Part shown: positions 18,918-28,067 of the stretch, one piece after another
How positions within the stretch are numbered: position 1 is the first letter of the stretch
Layout: each line of letters starts with the position of its first letter
Translations under genes and position numbers: made by a program
Source: a virus
Taxonomy: Duplodnaviria > Caudoviricetes
Length of the DNA: 62,375 bases
Reading direction: 5' to 3' (one strand)
Virus record (IMG/VR): IMGVR_UViG_3300023079_000004
Coordinates: 1-62,375 of that record
The notes under the pieces: generated by a model
Databases searched by the model: none
The model's input: only the letters and a program-made list of their open reading frames with translations
Told to the model about the DNA's origin: nothing

Positions 18918-19099
18918 AGCTCCGATGCCCGAGCGGTCTCAAGTTCGCTGAACTGGTTCCGCAGGGCATCGAGGTCAAGTGCCGGAGCAAGCACTGCGGC
19001 GCGGGGCCGGGGGTGGTGGTTCTCCACCGCTTCAACAGTACAACGGGCGAGTTCCTCGGGACGAAGCGGTACCGAGAGCTACCGACTAGGAAGGAGTAA
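18809..19099 (+). CDS. Small Com-like zinc-ribbon protein (start uncertain)
   Basis: ELRC...IEVKCRSKHC...H; nearest in-frame start is GTG 18809 with AAGGAGG, inside the upstream gene. Confidence 0.5.
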   Translation: MAEGQQRSLPGAGELPPHGGGGPAGGRPDVQAGRHLELRCPSGLKFAELVPQGIEVKCRSKHCGAGPGVVVLHRFNSTTGEFLGTKRYRELPTRKE

Positions 19100-19101
19100 G
19101 C

Positions 19102-19644
19102 ATGGCACTCGCTGTTCATCGCATGCCGTACGGTCTGCGAGACATCAAGGTGGCCACGCTCGACGCCGCCGGTGTCAAGGGGACCCTGGTGGATCTCCCG
19201 GCCGCACAGACGCTCGAGTTCGAGGAGACCACCAGTACGCAGGAGCTGCGGGGCGACGACGTCATCAAGGCTCAGCGCACCACGGTCAACGCTGTCGAGT
19301 GGTCGCTCGACGCGGGCGGCATCTCGTTCGAGGCAATGACGGTGATCGCGGGTGGGACGGTGTCCAGCAGCGGCGTCACCCCCAACGTCATCAAGAGCTG
19401 GGTGCGTCTCGACGGCGAGAGCTACCCGGACTTCTACCTCGCCGGTCAGGCGATGAGCGAGTCCGGCGGCGACAACGAGACCATCATTCACCGAGCGAAG
19501 GCCAACACCGTCAGCGGCTCGCACACCGACGGTGAGTTCTGGGTCAGCCACGCGGAGGGCACCGGCATCGGCACCCTGACGGTGGCGGACGTCAACAAGG
19601 TCTGGAGCATGCGGGCCAAGGAGACCAGCGCAGCGCTGTCGTAA
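19102..19644 (+). CDS. Major tail protein
   Basis: AAGGAG RBS; MPYGLRDIKV and LRGDD motifs; upstream of the chaperones and tape measure. Confidence 0.85.
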   Translation: MALAVHRMPYGLRDIKVATLDAAGVKGTLVDLPAAQTLEFEETTSTQELRGDDVIKAQRTTVNAVEWSLDAGGISFEAMTVIAGGTVSSSGVTPNVIKSWVRLDGESYPDFYLAGQAMSESGGDNETIIHRAKANTVSGSHTDGEFWVSHAEGTGIGTLTVADVNKVWSMRAKETSAALS

Positions 19645-19734
19645 GTTCGTTCGGGACCCCCGCTCGAGTATCGAGAGGCCGTTAGCATCTCGGTGCCGTG
19701 CGGGGATCCCTTACACCACAAGGAGAGCACAGAG

Positions 19735-20283
19735 ATGCCGCAGCAGTACACCATGCAAGAAGTGTCCGCCATGAGCGCGGAGGAGTTCGCACGGGCGCGC
19801 GAAGAAGGGTTCATCAAGCCCTTCGAACAGACCTCCCCCTCCCCCACTCCTCCGCAGAGCTACGCCGACACCGGCCGGGCGTGGCAGCAGGCGCAGGACG
19901 GCTTCGACTTCAGGACCCCCGCTCCGTACAATCACCTGTGCCGTCTGCGGGATCTGCCCATCGACAAGCTCGCCGCCGAGGGGCTTCTGGACAAGCTGAC
20001 CCGGTTGCCGGGTCTCGCCGAGGAGCAGGTCCGTAAGGCCGAGGGGCAACCGCCTTCGCCCGCTGTGGACCCGGAGACGGTGGACATGTCCGAGCTGTTG
20101 CGCCTCGTGAACCACATCGTCCCGCTGGTCGTTGTCGAGCCCAGCATCGCACCTCTGCCTGCCGAGGGGGAGGCGCGAGTGTCCGGCGTCATATACGTCG
20201 ACAGCATCCCGTGGCAGGAGCGCATCGCCATCATGAATCGGGTGGTGGCTCCGGCGGCTGACTTCGACAACTTTCGTCAGTAG
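19735..20283 (+). CDS. Tail assembly chaperone (G)
   Basis: AAGGAG RBS; between major tail and tape measure. Confidence 0.75.
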   Translation: MPQQYTMQEVSAMSAEEFARAREEGFIKPFEQTSPSPTPPQSYADTGRAWQQAQDGFDFRTPAPYNHLCRLRDLPIDKLAAEGLLDKLTRLPGLAEEQVRKAEGQPPSPAVDPETVDMSELLRLVNHIVPLVVVEPSIAPLPAEGEARVSGVIYVDSIPWQERIAIMNRVVAPAADFDNFRQ

Positions 20284-20542
20284 TCCGGACATGCTGGCCG
20301 AGGCGTGGGCGCGCGTGAAGGCGTATGGGGAGAAGCCGAGCGAGACGTTTCACGTGTCGACCCCGTTCGCGGCCTATGCCCTGGACAGTGCGGTGGCTCG
20401 GTGGGGGATGGCCTTCGATGCTGCGATGGCAGAGGCCGCCTCGGACGCCAGGAGCCCCGAAGCTGCCGAGCGTAAGCAGATGCAGGTGCTGCGCCGTTGG
20501 ATCCCTAGCCAGCGGAGATATGCCGACCCCAACCGGAGGTAG
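20273..20542 (+). CDS. Tail assembly chaperone T segment, probably reached by +1 frameshift
   Basis: +1 frame is open from 20237; TTT CGT at 20272-20277; ATG 20291 has no clear RBS. Confidence 0.6.
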   Translation, partial: FVSSPDMLAEAWARVKAYGEKPSETFHVSTPFAAYALDSAVARWGMAFDAAMAEAASDARSPEAAERKQMQVLRRWIPSQRRYADPNRR

Positions 20543-20544
20543 TC

Positions 20545-23500
20545 GTGAGCTACGATCTCGGCACGGCCCATGGAAAGATTGAGATCGACTACGACGGAGC
20601 GCGTGCCGTCCGTGCAGCCAAAGACGATGTCGAAGACCTCGGTCGCAAGGCCAAGCGAGCCGACGACCCGGTCAAGAAGCTGAGCACCAATCTCGGCAAG
20701 CTTGGCAAGTCTCTCGGCAAGGGTGCTGGCATTACCGCCCTAGCCCTCGGTCTCACGAGTGCCGGAGTGCAGGCGGGGGCGGCTACCGTGCAGATCCTTG
20801 GCATGGTGCCCGCTCTCGCCAGTGTCGGGAGTCTCGCGGCCGGACTTCCCGCCCTGTTCGTGGGCGTGGGTGCGGGAGTCGGGGTCGCGAAGGCTGCGCT
20901 AGCCGGTTTCGATGACGTCATGAAGGCGGCCTTTTCCACCGCCCCGAAGGACACGGAGAAGTTCAACGAGGCGCTGAAGAAGCTCGCCCCGAGTGCGCAG
21001 GCGTTTGCCAAGTCCTTCAAGAGCGACCTCGTGCCGGGACTGCGCGCCTTCCAGCAGGGCATTCAGCAAGCCTTCTTCAGCAACAACCTGCAATCTCTCT
21101 TCCCCTCCGTCCAGAGTGCTATCGGGCAACTTTCCCCGGTGGTCCAGTCGCTGGCCACCCAGTTCGCCGGGGTGGCAAAGACGGTGGCCGGGTTCGCGAC
21201 GAGCTCGCAGACCATCGAGTTCGTGAGGAACTCTGTAGAGACGTTCCGCAACAGCATCGACAACCTCCGACCGGCCATCCTCCCGGTCCTCGAGGGCCTG
21301 CGCTCCGTCGGGCTCGTGGGTTCGAGTCTCATGGAGAGGCTGTCGAACGCTGTCGGCGGTGCGGCACAACGCTTCGGCGCGTGGATGAGCGACATCGCGA
21401 ACAGCGGACAGCTCGAAGGATGGATCGACCAAGCCATCGCCACCCTGAGCTCCCTTCGCGGGATCATCAGCAACGTCGGGAGGATCCTCGGGAGCGTCTT
21501 CGGGGCTGCGGAAGCGACGGGTGGGGGTCTGCTCAACACCCTCGAAGAGCTGACCGGCCAAGTGGCGCGCTTCCTGAACAGCGCCGAGGGTAGTGCCCTC
21601 CTGCGCGAAGTGTTCGGTGCCCTCCTGACGGTGGCCCGGCAGCTCGCGCCGGTGTTCGGGACGCTGGTCACGGCCCTCGGTGGTGCGCTGGCACCGGTGC
21701 TGAAGCAACTGGCCACGGAGATCGGTCCGGTCCTGCTTCAGGCGGTCCAGCAGTTGGCTCCGGCCTTCGGTCCGCTGGCGGGGGCTATCGGAGACCTGCT
21801 CAGTGCGGTGGCTCCGCTCCTGCCGTCGCTGGCCCGCTTCGTGGCGATCCTGGCCACGCTCATCGGTAGCGGCGTGAGCGCGCTGGCGAGCGAGTTCGGG
21901 CCAGTGGTGGCCATCCTCGGCGACGCCTTCTTGCAGGCGTTGCAGGCGTTGCAACCGGTGCTCAGCTCGCTCATCACGCAGGCGCTGCCGCAGGCCGCTG
22001 CACTCGGGGCCCAACTGGCACAAGCCTTCGCTCCGCTGGCTCCTGTCATCGTGCAGACGGCGCAAGCCTTCGCGAGCGCCATTCTCCCCGTCCTCCCCCA
22101 AGTCATCGGGCTGCTCGTTCAGCTCACCCCCGTCATCGTGGCAATGGCAGAGGGCTTCGTCACGATGCTCACCATCGGCCTGCGGGTGGCCGCGTGGCTG
22201 GCCACCTTCGGTGCGGCCGTCGTCGGTATGGTGGCCAGTGCTGTCTCGGCCTTCATCAACTTCCGCTCGCAAGTCGTCGGTGCCTTCCAGGCCGCGTACA
22301 ACCTCGTGGTGAGTGTGGGGGCGGCTCTCGTGGCGTGGTTCACCGCGCTCCCCGGGCGGATCGGGAGTGCACTGGCTGCACTGCCGGGGACATTGCTCAA
22401 CCTCATCAAGAGCGCCGTCAGCAACGCGGCTTTCGCCTTCGGCGCGGGCATCGGGCTCCTCGTCAGCTTCGCGGCCAACTTGCCGGGGCGGGTGGCGAGC
22501 GCCATCAGCTCACTCATCAGCACGCTCAAGTCCATCGCGACCAGCGCCTGGAACGCGGCACGGAGCGCGTTCGCGAGCGGCGTATCGGCCGTCGTCGGCT
22601 TCGTGAAGACGGCCCCGGGGCGCATCCGTTCGGCCATCGCCGCCCTCCCCGGCCTCCTTCGCAGTGCGGCGGTCGGTGCCATGAATGCGTTCCGGAGCGC
22701 CATCAGCAGTGGCATCAACTCAGCCGTCAGCTTGGCGCGAGGCATCGCTGGCCGCATCAGGAGCGCCGTGGGTAACCTCGGGAGCGCGCTTGTCGGGGCA
22801 GGCCGGGACGCGGTTCTCGGTCTGGCCAACGGGATCCGGGGTGCCGTCGGAGCAGCGGTGAGCGCCGCAGCGAGTGTCGGCAGGCAGGTTATTGCAGGCG
22901 TGAAGAGCACTCTGCGCATCAAGTCCCCGTCCCGCGTCATGGAGGTCCTCGGCCGGTTCGTCAATCAGGGTCTGGTCAACGGCCTGCTCGGTACGGCGAA
23001 GCAGGTTCAGGCGGCAGCGAATAAGGTTGCCAATCTGGTCCGCGATGCGTACAGCGCGGGGGCTATCGGTCGCGGGAAGCGCAACGCGCTCATCAACGGC
23101 ATCGCCAATGCCAACCGGGCTCTGCAGAAGCTGGTCGCGCAGGGCAACAGCGTGACAGCGCGCCTGAAGACCGCACAGGCCAACCTGAAGAGCGTGCAGG
23201 ACGCGTACAACAAGACGGCCGCAGATGCCCGAGCGAAGGTGCTGGACAGCTTCTCGCTCGTTCAGCCGGGTGAGAACTTCATCAGCATCGAGAGGCTCAA
23301 GGCTCGTCTGACGAAGGCGGTGGCCGTTGCCAAGCAGTTCGCCAGCGACATGGCGAAGCTGAGCAAGCGTGGTCTCAATCAGAACTTCCTGAGTCAGCTT
23401 GCCAGCGCGGGTGCGGTTGACGGTGGCGCGATGGCAAAGGCGCTTGCCAACGCCAGCGACGCGGACATCAAGCAGCTCAACGTCTTGCAGGGCCAGTTGA

Positions 23501-24027
23501 ACACGGCGGCTGGCAGCGTGGGCAAGAACGTGGCCGACGCGCTCTACGGGGCCGGTGTGCGGGCGGCACAGGGCCTCGTGAAGGGCTTGCAGAGTCAGCA
23601 GAAGGCCATCGACAAGCAGATGGCTAAGATCGCCGCTGGTCTCGCCGCCAACATCAAGAAGGCCCTGAAAATCAAGAGCCCCTCGCGCGTGTTCTTCGCC
23701 CTCGGCCGGTTCATCAGCCAGGGACTCATCAACGGCATCACGAGCCTGCGGAAGCAGGTAGGGCAGGCCGCTAACAAGCTCGCGACCAGCGCCATGATGC
23801 CTACAGTGAACCTCGGGGCAACGAGCCCGTACGTGCCGCGCGGCGGGGACGGAGCCAGCTTGGCCGCACCGGCTGCCTCTGGGGTCGTCGTCAACCAGAC
23901 GGTGAACGCTCTGCCGGGGATGAGCGCTCGGCAGGTGGCCAACTACGGGGCTAGCCGGATGAGCCTGATGTTCCGAACGGGCACCATCGCGGTGGCCACG
24001 ACACCCCCGCCTAGCCAGGAGGCATGA
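20545..24027 (+). CDS. Tape measure protein
   Basis: 1160 aa, Ala/Gly/Leu-rich helical; LGTAHG.I.I start; two IKSPSRV motifs. Confidence 0.95.
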   Translation: MSYDLGTAHGKIEIDYDGARAVRAAKDDVEDLGRKAKRADDPVKKLSTNLGKLGKSLGKGAGITALALGLTSAGVQAGAATVQILGMVPALASVGSLAAGLPALFVGVGAGVGVAKAALAGFDDVMKAAFSTAPKDTEKFNEALKKLAPSAQAFAKSFKSDLVPGLRAFQQGIQQAFFSNNLQSLFPSVQSAIGQLSPVVQSLATQFAGVAKTVAGFATSSQTIEFVRNSVETFRNSIDNLRPAILPVLEGLRSVGLVGSSLMERLSNAVGGAAQRFGAWMSDIANSGQLEGWIDQAIATLSSLRGIISNVGRILGSVFGAAEATGGGLLNTLEELTGQVARFLNSAEGSALLREVFGALLTVARQLAPVFGTLVTALGGALAPVLKQLATEIGPVLLQAVQQLAPAFGPLAGAIGDLLSAVAPLLPSLARFVAILATLIGSGVSALASEFGPVVAILGDAFLQALQALQPVLSSLITQALPQAAALGAQLAQAFAPLAPVIVQTAQAFASAILPVLPQVIGLLVQLTPVIVAMAEGFVTMLTIGLRVAAWLATFGAAVVGMVASAVSAFINFRSQVVGAFQAAYNLVVSVGAALVAWFTALPGRIGSALAALPGTLLNLIKSAVSNAAFAFGAGIGLLVSFAANLPGRVASAISSLISTLKSIATSAWNAARSAFASGVSAVVGFVKTAPGRIRSAIAALPGLLRSAAVGAMNAFRSAISSGINSAVSLARGIAGRIRSAVGNLGSALVGAGRDAVLGLANGIRGAVGAAVSAAASVGRQVIAGVKSTLRIKSPSRVMEVLGRFVNQGLVNGLLGTAKQVQAAANKVANLVRDAYSAGAIGRGKRNALINGIANANRALQKLVAQGNSVTARLKTAQANLKSVQDAYNKTAADARAKVLDSFSLVQPGENFISIERLKARLTKAVAVAKQFASDMAKLSKRGLNQNFLSQLASAGAVDGGAMAKALANASDADIKQLNVLQGQLNTAAGSVGKNVADALYGAGVRAAQGLVKGLQSQQKAIDKQMAKIAAGLAANIKKALKIKSPSRVFFALGRFISQGLINGITSLRKQVGQAANKLATSAMMPTVNLGATSPYVPRGGDGASLAAPAASGVVVNQTVNALPGMSARQVANYGASRMSLMFRTGTIAVATTPPPSQEA

Positions 24028-24905
24028 TGCCGACGATTCACAAGCAACGCGTCGAAGCGGGAAGCCTGACCTTCAATGACCCCTCGAGCCTGCCACCCGG
24101 AGCAGTGAGCTGCGGCATTGACGTCCTCGACGGCTGGAAGAACAGCCCGGAGCCGGACGTCGTGGCCACCGATCTCGGGCTGATGCGGGACGGCATGGAG
24201 CTCGGTGCCGTGTTCCCCGTGCGCGCTCGGTACCTCGTAGTCGGTGGATGGGGGCTCGGGGTTGACGAGGAGAACGCCGAGCTGCTCCATGACGCTCTGG
24301 CGCGGGACGCCTTCCCGCGCGACAAGCTCCTGAAGATGGTGCGGTACGAGGCGGTGCCGAAGTACGTCTGGTACCGGCGCAGTGGCGCTCTGGAGACCGA
24401 GTGGGACGCTGTGGAGAACGGCTTCCGGTGGCAGACCACTTTGGTCTGCGCAGACCCCTTCAAGTACAGCGTCTCGCAGGAGATGGACAGCGCGGGCACG
24501 GCAGGCGTCAGCGAGACCGGCATGTCGTTCCCGGTGACGTTCCCGCTGTCCTTCACGACGGTGGCTGCCGGGTCCACGGACACCACGGCGGGTATCATCA
24601 ACCACGGCACCGCGCCCTCCCGCTCCTTCTCCGCAGTAATCACCGGCCCCCTGAGCGATGGTGGGTGGCGGCTGCGGAACGACACGACGGACGAGGAGCT
24701 CTGGTTCGACACCGGTCTCGGGCCGTCCGAGACATTGACCCTCGACTTCGCCCGCCAGATCGTGTATCTGAACGGCTTCCCCTACGTGGGCAAGAAGAGC
24801 GGGGATTGGTTCGCTCTTCAGCCCGGCGACAACGACATTCGGCTCTACGCCGACTTCAACGCCAGTACGACAGTGACCGTAACTGCCGAGAGCGCATGGG
24901 AGTGA
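24024..24905 (+). CDS. Distal tail (Dit)-like minor tail protein
   Basis: Follows the tape measure; ADPFKYS, N.GT..S and WF.LQPGDN motifs. Confidence 0.85.
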   Translation: MMPTIHKQRVEAGSLTFNDPSSLPPGAVSCGIDVLDGWKNSPEPDVVATDLGLMRDGMELGAVFPVRARYLVVGGWGLGVDEENAELLHDALARDAFPRDKLLKMVRYEAVPKYVWYRRSGALETEWDAVENGFRWQTTLVCADPFKYSVSQEMDSAGTAGVSETGMSFPVTFPLSFTTVAAGSTDTTAGIINHGTAPSRSFSAVITGPLSDGGWRLRNDTTDEELWFDTGLGPSETLTLDFARQIVYLNGFPYVGKKSGDWFALQPGDNDIRLYADFNASTTVTVTAESAWE

Positions 24906-24908
24906 GAG

Positions 24909-25904
24909 ATGGTTCTGCAAGTGGTTCCCGGCTACATCGGCCAGAGTGGGTACAACCACCCGGTCGAGCTGTTCCGTAATCAGCTGAAGGCGGTGACGGC
25001 TGGTGGCAAGGGCTACATGAAGTCGACCTCGGACTTTCAGCTCACGCCGAGCGGCGCTGCCTTGACGATGGGCATAGCCGAAGGATGGGCAGCCATCGCG
25101 GGTAGCGAGAGTTCCAGTCAGGGCAGCTACTTCGTCTGGAGCACCGGAGGCGACGTTGTGGCGTGGCCGGGCGCTAGCGGCCAGCCGCGTATCGACAGCC
25201 TCTTGCTGCGCGTCATCGACAAGCAGTACGGCACGGACGCCAGCGCCAACGGTGCCCTGTGGGAGGTGTGTCAGGGCACTCCCGCCGGGAGCCCGACGGC
25301 CATCCCGGACGTCGAGTTCGAAGCTGGCGGGGACTTCTACCGGCCGGGCGCGTGGTGGCGAGTGGCCAACGTAACCATCAGCCCCGGGAACACCGTCATG
25401 ACGGCCACCACCATCGCCGACCTCCGGGCCTACGCAGACTTCCAGCGGGCCAACGACTTGACGCTGAAGAACTGGTACGACAACACCATCAACAGCGCCT
25501 GGACGAGCTTCACGCCTTCCTTCCTGACGGCCAGCGGCAGCCCCTCGCTCGGAACCGGCGGCTTCGGTGTGGCTCGCTACAAGCAGGTCGGCAAGATGGT
25601 GCACTACCGGGGCAAGCTCCAGTTCGGTTCGGCGTCCGTGAACTTCGGAACCGGCGGGTGGAGCACCACGCTGCCCGTGAACGCGGCCAACGTCACGACG
25701 CCGGGCGCTCTGCCGCACGTGGGAAGCACTTACTACCGGGACGCCAGCGGCGCGCACGCGAGCGGCACCTGCCTCATCAACGCCGACGTGAGCCAGTCCC
25801 AGATGTCCTTCCGTACGGCGGACAACCTGACGGACTCCACGCACCCGTTCACCTGGGCCGTCAACGACTACTTTGCCTGGAACATCACCTACGAAGCGGC
25901 GTAA
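24909..25904 (+). CDS. Minor tail / fibre protein
   Basis: PRIDSLLLRV N-terminal domain; ARYKQVGKMV...LPV C-terminal receptor-binding-type domain. Confidence 0.8.
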   Translation: MVLQVVPGYIGQSGYNHPVELFRNQLKAVTAGGKGYMKSTSDFQLTPSGAALTMGIAEGWAAIAGSESSSQGSYFVWSTGGDVVAWPGASGQPRIDSLLLRVIDKQYGTDASANGALWEVCQGTPAGSPTAIPDVEFEAGGDFYRPGAWWRVANVTISPGNTVMTATTIADLRAYADFQRANDLTLKNWYDNTINSAWTSFTPSFLTASGSPSLGTGGFGVARYKQVGKMVHYRGKLQFGSASVNFGTGGWSTTLPVNAANVTTPGALPHVGSTYYRDASGAHASGTCLINADVSQSQMSFRTADNLTDSTHPFTWAVNDYFAWNITYEAA

Positions 25905-25932
25905 GCTGTGGGGTAACAGGAAGGAGGGCACC

Positions 25933-26067
25933 ATGCCGGAGTGCAACGCCGGAGAGGTCCCCGAGGACGACGCCGGAGAGCCGATGCCGGACCCGTGGGA
26001 CGAGACAGAAGAGGAGGGTGGCGATGGCGAGTTGGATCCTGGTTCCGAGCCTGACCAGTCTGCGTGA
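25933..26067 (+). CDS. Small acidic peptide overlapping the endolysin start
   Basis: AAGGAGG RBS; 44 aa, very D/E-rich. Confidence 0.5.
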   Translation: MPECNAGEVPEDDAGEPMPDPWDETEEEGGDGELDPGSEPDQSA

Positions 26068-26863
26068 AGAGTTCAACGAGCTGGCTCCGACTCGCGACAA
26101 AGGCAGCGACGGGTCCATCGGTGACGCCGCACACGCCTCCTCCTCGTCGGACCACAACCCGGACGAGACCGGGGCGACACCGTACGAGGACGCGGACAAC
26201 GTCAACGAGGTCCACGCGATCGACGTGGACAAGGATCTGAACAAGTCCGGTTGGTCCATGACGAAGGCCGTGGGCATCATCGTCACCCGGCATCGCACCG
26301 GCCAGGACGACCGGCTCCAGAACGTCATCTGGAACGGACTCATCTGGTCCCGATCGTGGGGCTGGACTGCCCGCGAATACACCGGCCAGAACCCGCACGA
26401 CAAGCACGCGCACTTCTCCGCCCGCTACACCAGCGCGGAGGAATCTGACACCCGCCCCTGGGGCCTACTGGAGGAAGACATGCCTACCGCAGAAGAGATC
26501 GCGGACGCCACCGCGCTGAAGCTCCACCAGGACCTGAGCAACCCGGCCAGCGGCCTCTACCGCTCGCTGCCGGAGCGGGTGGCTGACGGCCTGTTCGTCA
26601 AGCGTCCGCTGGCCCTTCAGCGCGTCGCCGACCGAGGCTGGGGCGGCACGCTCGGCATGAGCGTCGCACAGATGGTCACCTACGACTTCGAGGCCCTGGT
26701 CGCCGGAGGCAGTGCCGACGTCGACGACGACGGGGACACGGAGTCCATCTCGGCACAGTCTCGCCTCGAGCGCCTGGAGGACGACGTGCGTGCTCTTCGC
26801 GAGACGGCGGACCGCATCGAGGCGGCTCTGGCCGCCCTCGCCTCCCCGCCGCCGCAGGGCTAA
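26024..26863 (+). CDS. Endolysin (M15-like Zn peptidase)
   Basis: GAGGAGG RBS; DGSIGD..H, SDHNPD, AIDVD, NPHDKHAHFS. Confidence 0.85.
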   Translation: MASWILVPSLTSLREEFNELAPTRDKGSDGSIGDAAHASSSSDHNPDETGATPYEDADNVNEVHAIDVDKDLNKSGWSMTKAVGIIVTRHRTGQDDRLQNVIWNGLIWSRSWGWTAREYTGQNPHDKHAHFSARYTSAEESDTRPWGLLEEDMPTAEEIADATALKLHQDLSNPASGLYRSLPERVADGLFVKRPLALQRVADRGWGGTLGMSVAQMVTYDFEALVAGGSADVDDDGDTESISAQSRLERLEDDVRALRETADRIEAALAALASPPPQG

Positions 26864-26888
26864 CCGCCTGCGGAACGGGTACACTGAG

Positions 26889-26914
26889 GGGGAGGTGGCT
26901 TCGGCTGCCTCCCC
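26889..26914 (+). terminator. cUUCGg tetraloop hairpin
   Basis: GGGGAGGTGGC-TTCG-GCTGCCTCCCC between the lysin and the next tail gene; a TACACT box lies just upstream. Confidence 0.5.
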
Positions 26915-26933
26915 GACTCGCGAAGGGGAGAGA

Positions 26934-28067
26934 ATGGTCCGGTTCACCTACTCGTTCTACGACCAGATCGCTGAGATCTTTCTGGCTGAACTTGTTCTGA
27001 AAGAGCCCAAGTGGATCGAGGCTGTGAACGGCAGCGGCACCTTCGAGGCGAAGGTCGTCATCCCAGATGACAAGGACCAGCGGGACCTCATCCGGAGCGC
27101 TGTTCGTCAGAACAACTCGATCATCGTCACGGCCGACAACGGCGTGCAGCCCTGGTCTGGGTTCATTGTGAAGCGTAAGTGGGATCCCGCCACGAACGAG
27201 CTCACCATCACGGCTGCCGAATGGCGAACCTGGCTGTACCGCTTCATCGTGGCTCCTTTCGACAACGACCCGGTGGGGAACGACTGGGAGTGGGAGGGTA
27301 CTGAGCAGCTCGAGATAGCCGCGTGGCTCATCGAGTATCAGGTTGGGGAGTTCTACGGCTCCGGGGTGCCGTTCATCGCCGTAGAGCCCTACACGCCGAG
27401 CGGTATCGAAAGAGACCTCTTCGTCAGCGGTGCCAAGTTCCGGACCCTCGGTTCGTGGATGGACAGCCTTGCCAATCGGGATCGGGGCTTCGAGTGGGAC
27501 ATTGCTGCGCAGGACGAGGGGGCGGGGCCTCAGCTCGTCTTTCGCCCGTACTACCCGCAGCGTGGTTCTGTCGTCCAGGGGCTCTCCTTCTCCTATGGCA
27601 CTACCGGGAACATCCTGACGTACGAGCCGCCCGAGGAGAGCAGCGAGGAGTACGTCACCCGGCAGTGGGCTCTCGGGGACGGACCGAACAGCGAGATGCA
27701 GCCCTACGCCAAGGATGAAGACCCCGCCCTCGACAACGACGCGGCCATGCGCTTCGACAAGGTGACGAGCTGGCAAGGGGTTTCGGACGATTTGGTCCTG
27801 GCCAGCCATGCTCGAGCAGAGCGACGCTTCTACAGCAAGGCGCTTGACATGCTTCAGTTCACTGTGAGCATGAACAGCCCGCACGCCTACAGTTACGCCG
27901 TCGGGGACCGCTGTGCGCTCGAGGTGCATGACCGATGGCTGGACCTCAGCTACGAGAAGGTGCGCATCATTCAGCGAGACATCTTCCCTGACCAGCAGGT
28001 GATGAAGTTGACGGTAGACCTGAGCGACGATGAGCTGCCAGAGGTTGACGACGAGGGGAGCGTCTAG
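26934..28067 (+). CDS. Minor tail protein (Tal / baseplate hub-like)
   Basis: 377 aa; WSGFI, GFEWDI and Y.VGD motifs. Confidence 0.8.
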   Translation: MVRFTYSFYDQIAEIFLAELVLKEPKWIEAVNGSGTFEAKVVIPDDKDQRDLIRSAVRQNNSIIVTADNGVQPWSGFIVKRKWDPATNELTITAAEWRTWLYRFIVAPFDNDPVGNDWEWEGTEQLEIAAWLIEYQVGEFYGSGVPFIAVEPYTPSGIERDLFVSGAKFRTLGSWMDSLANRDRGFEWDIAAQDEGAGPQLVFRPYYPQRGSVVQGLSFSYGTTGNILTYEPPEESSEEYVTRQWALGDGPNSEMQPYAKDEDPALDNDAAMRFDKVTSWQGVSDDLVLASHARAERRFYSKALDMLQFTVSMNSPHAYSYAVGDRCALEVHDRWLDLSYEKVRIIQRDIFPDQQVMKLTVDLSDDELPEVDDEGSV

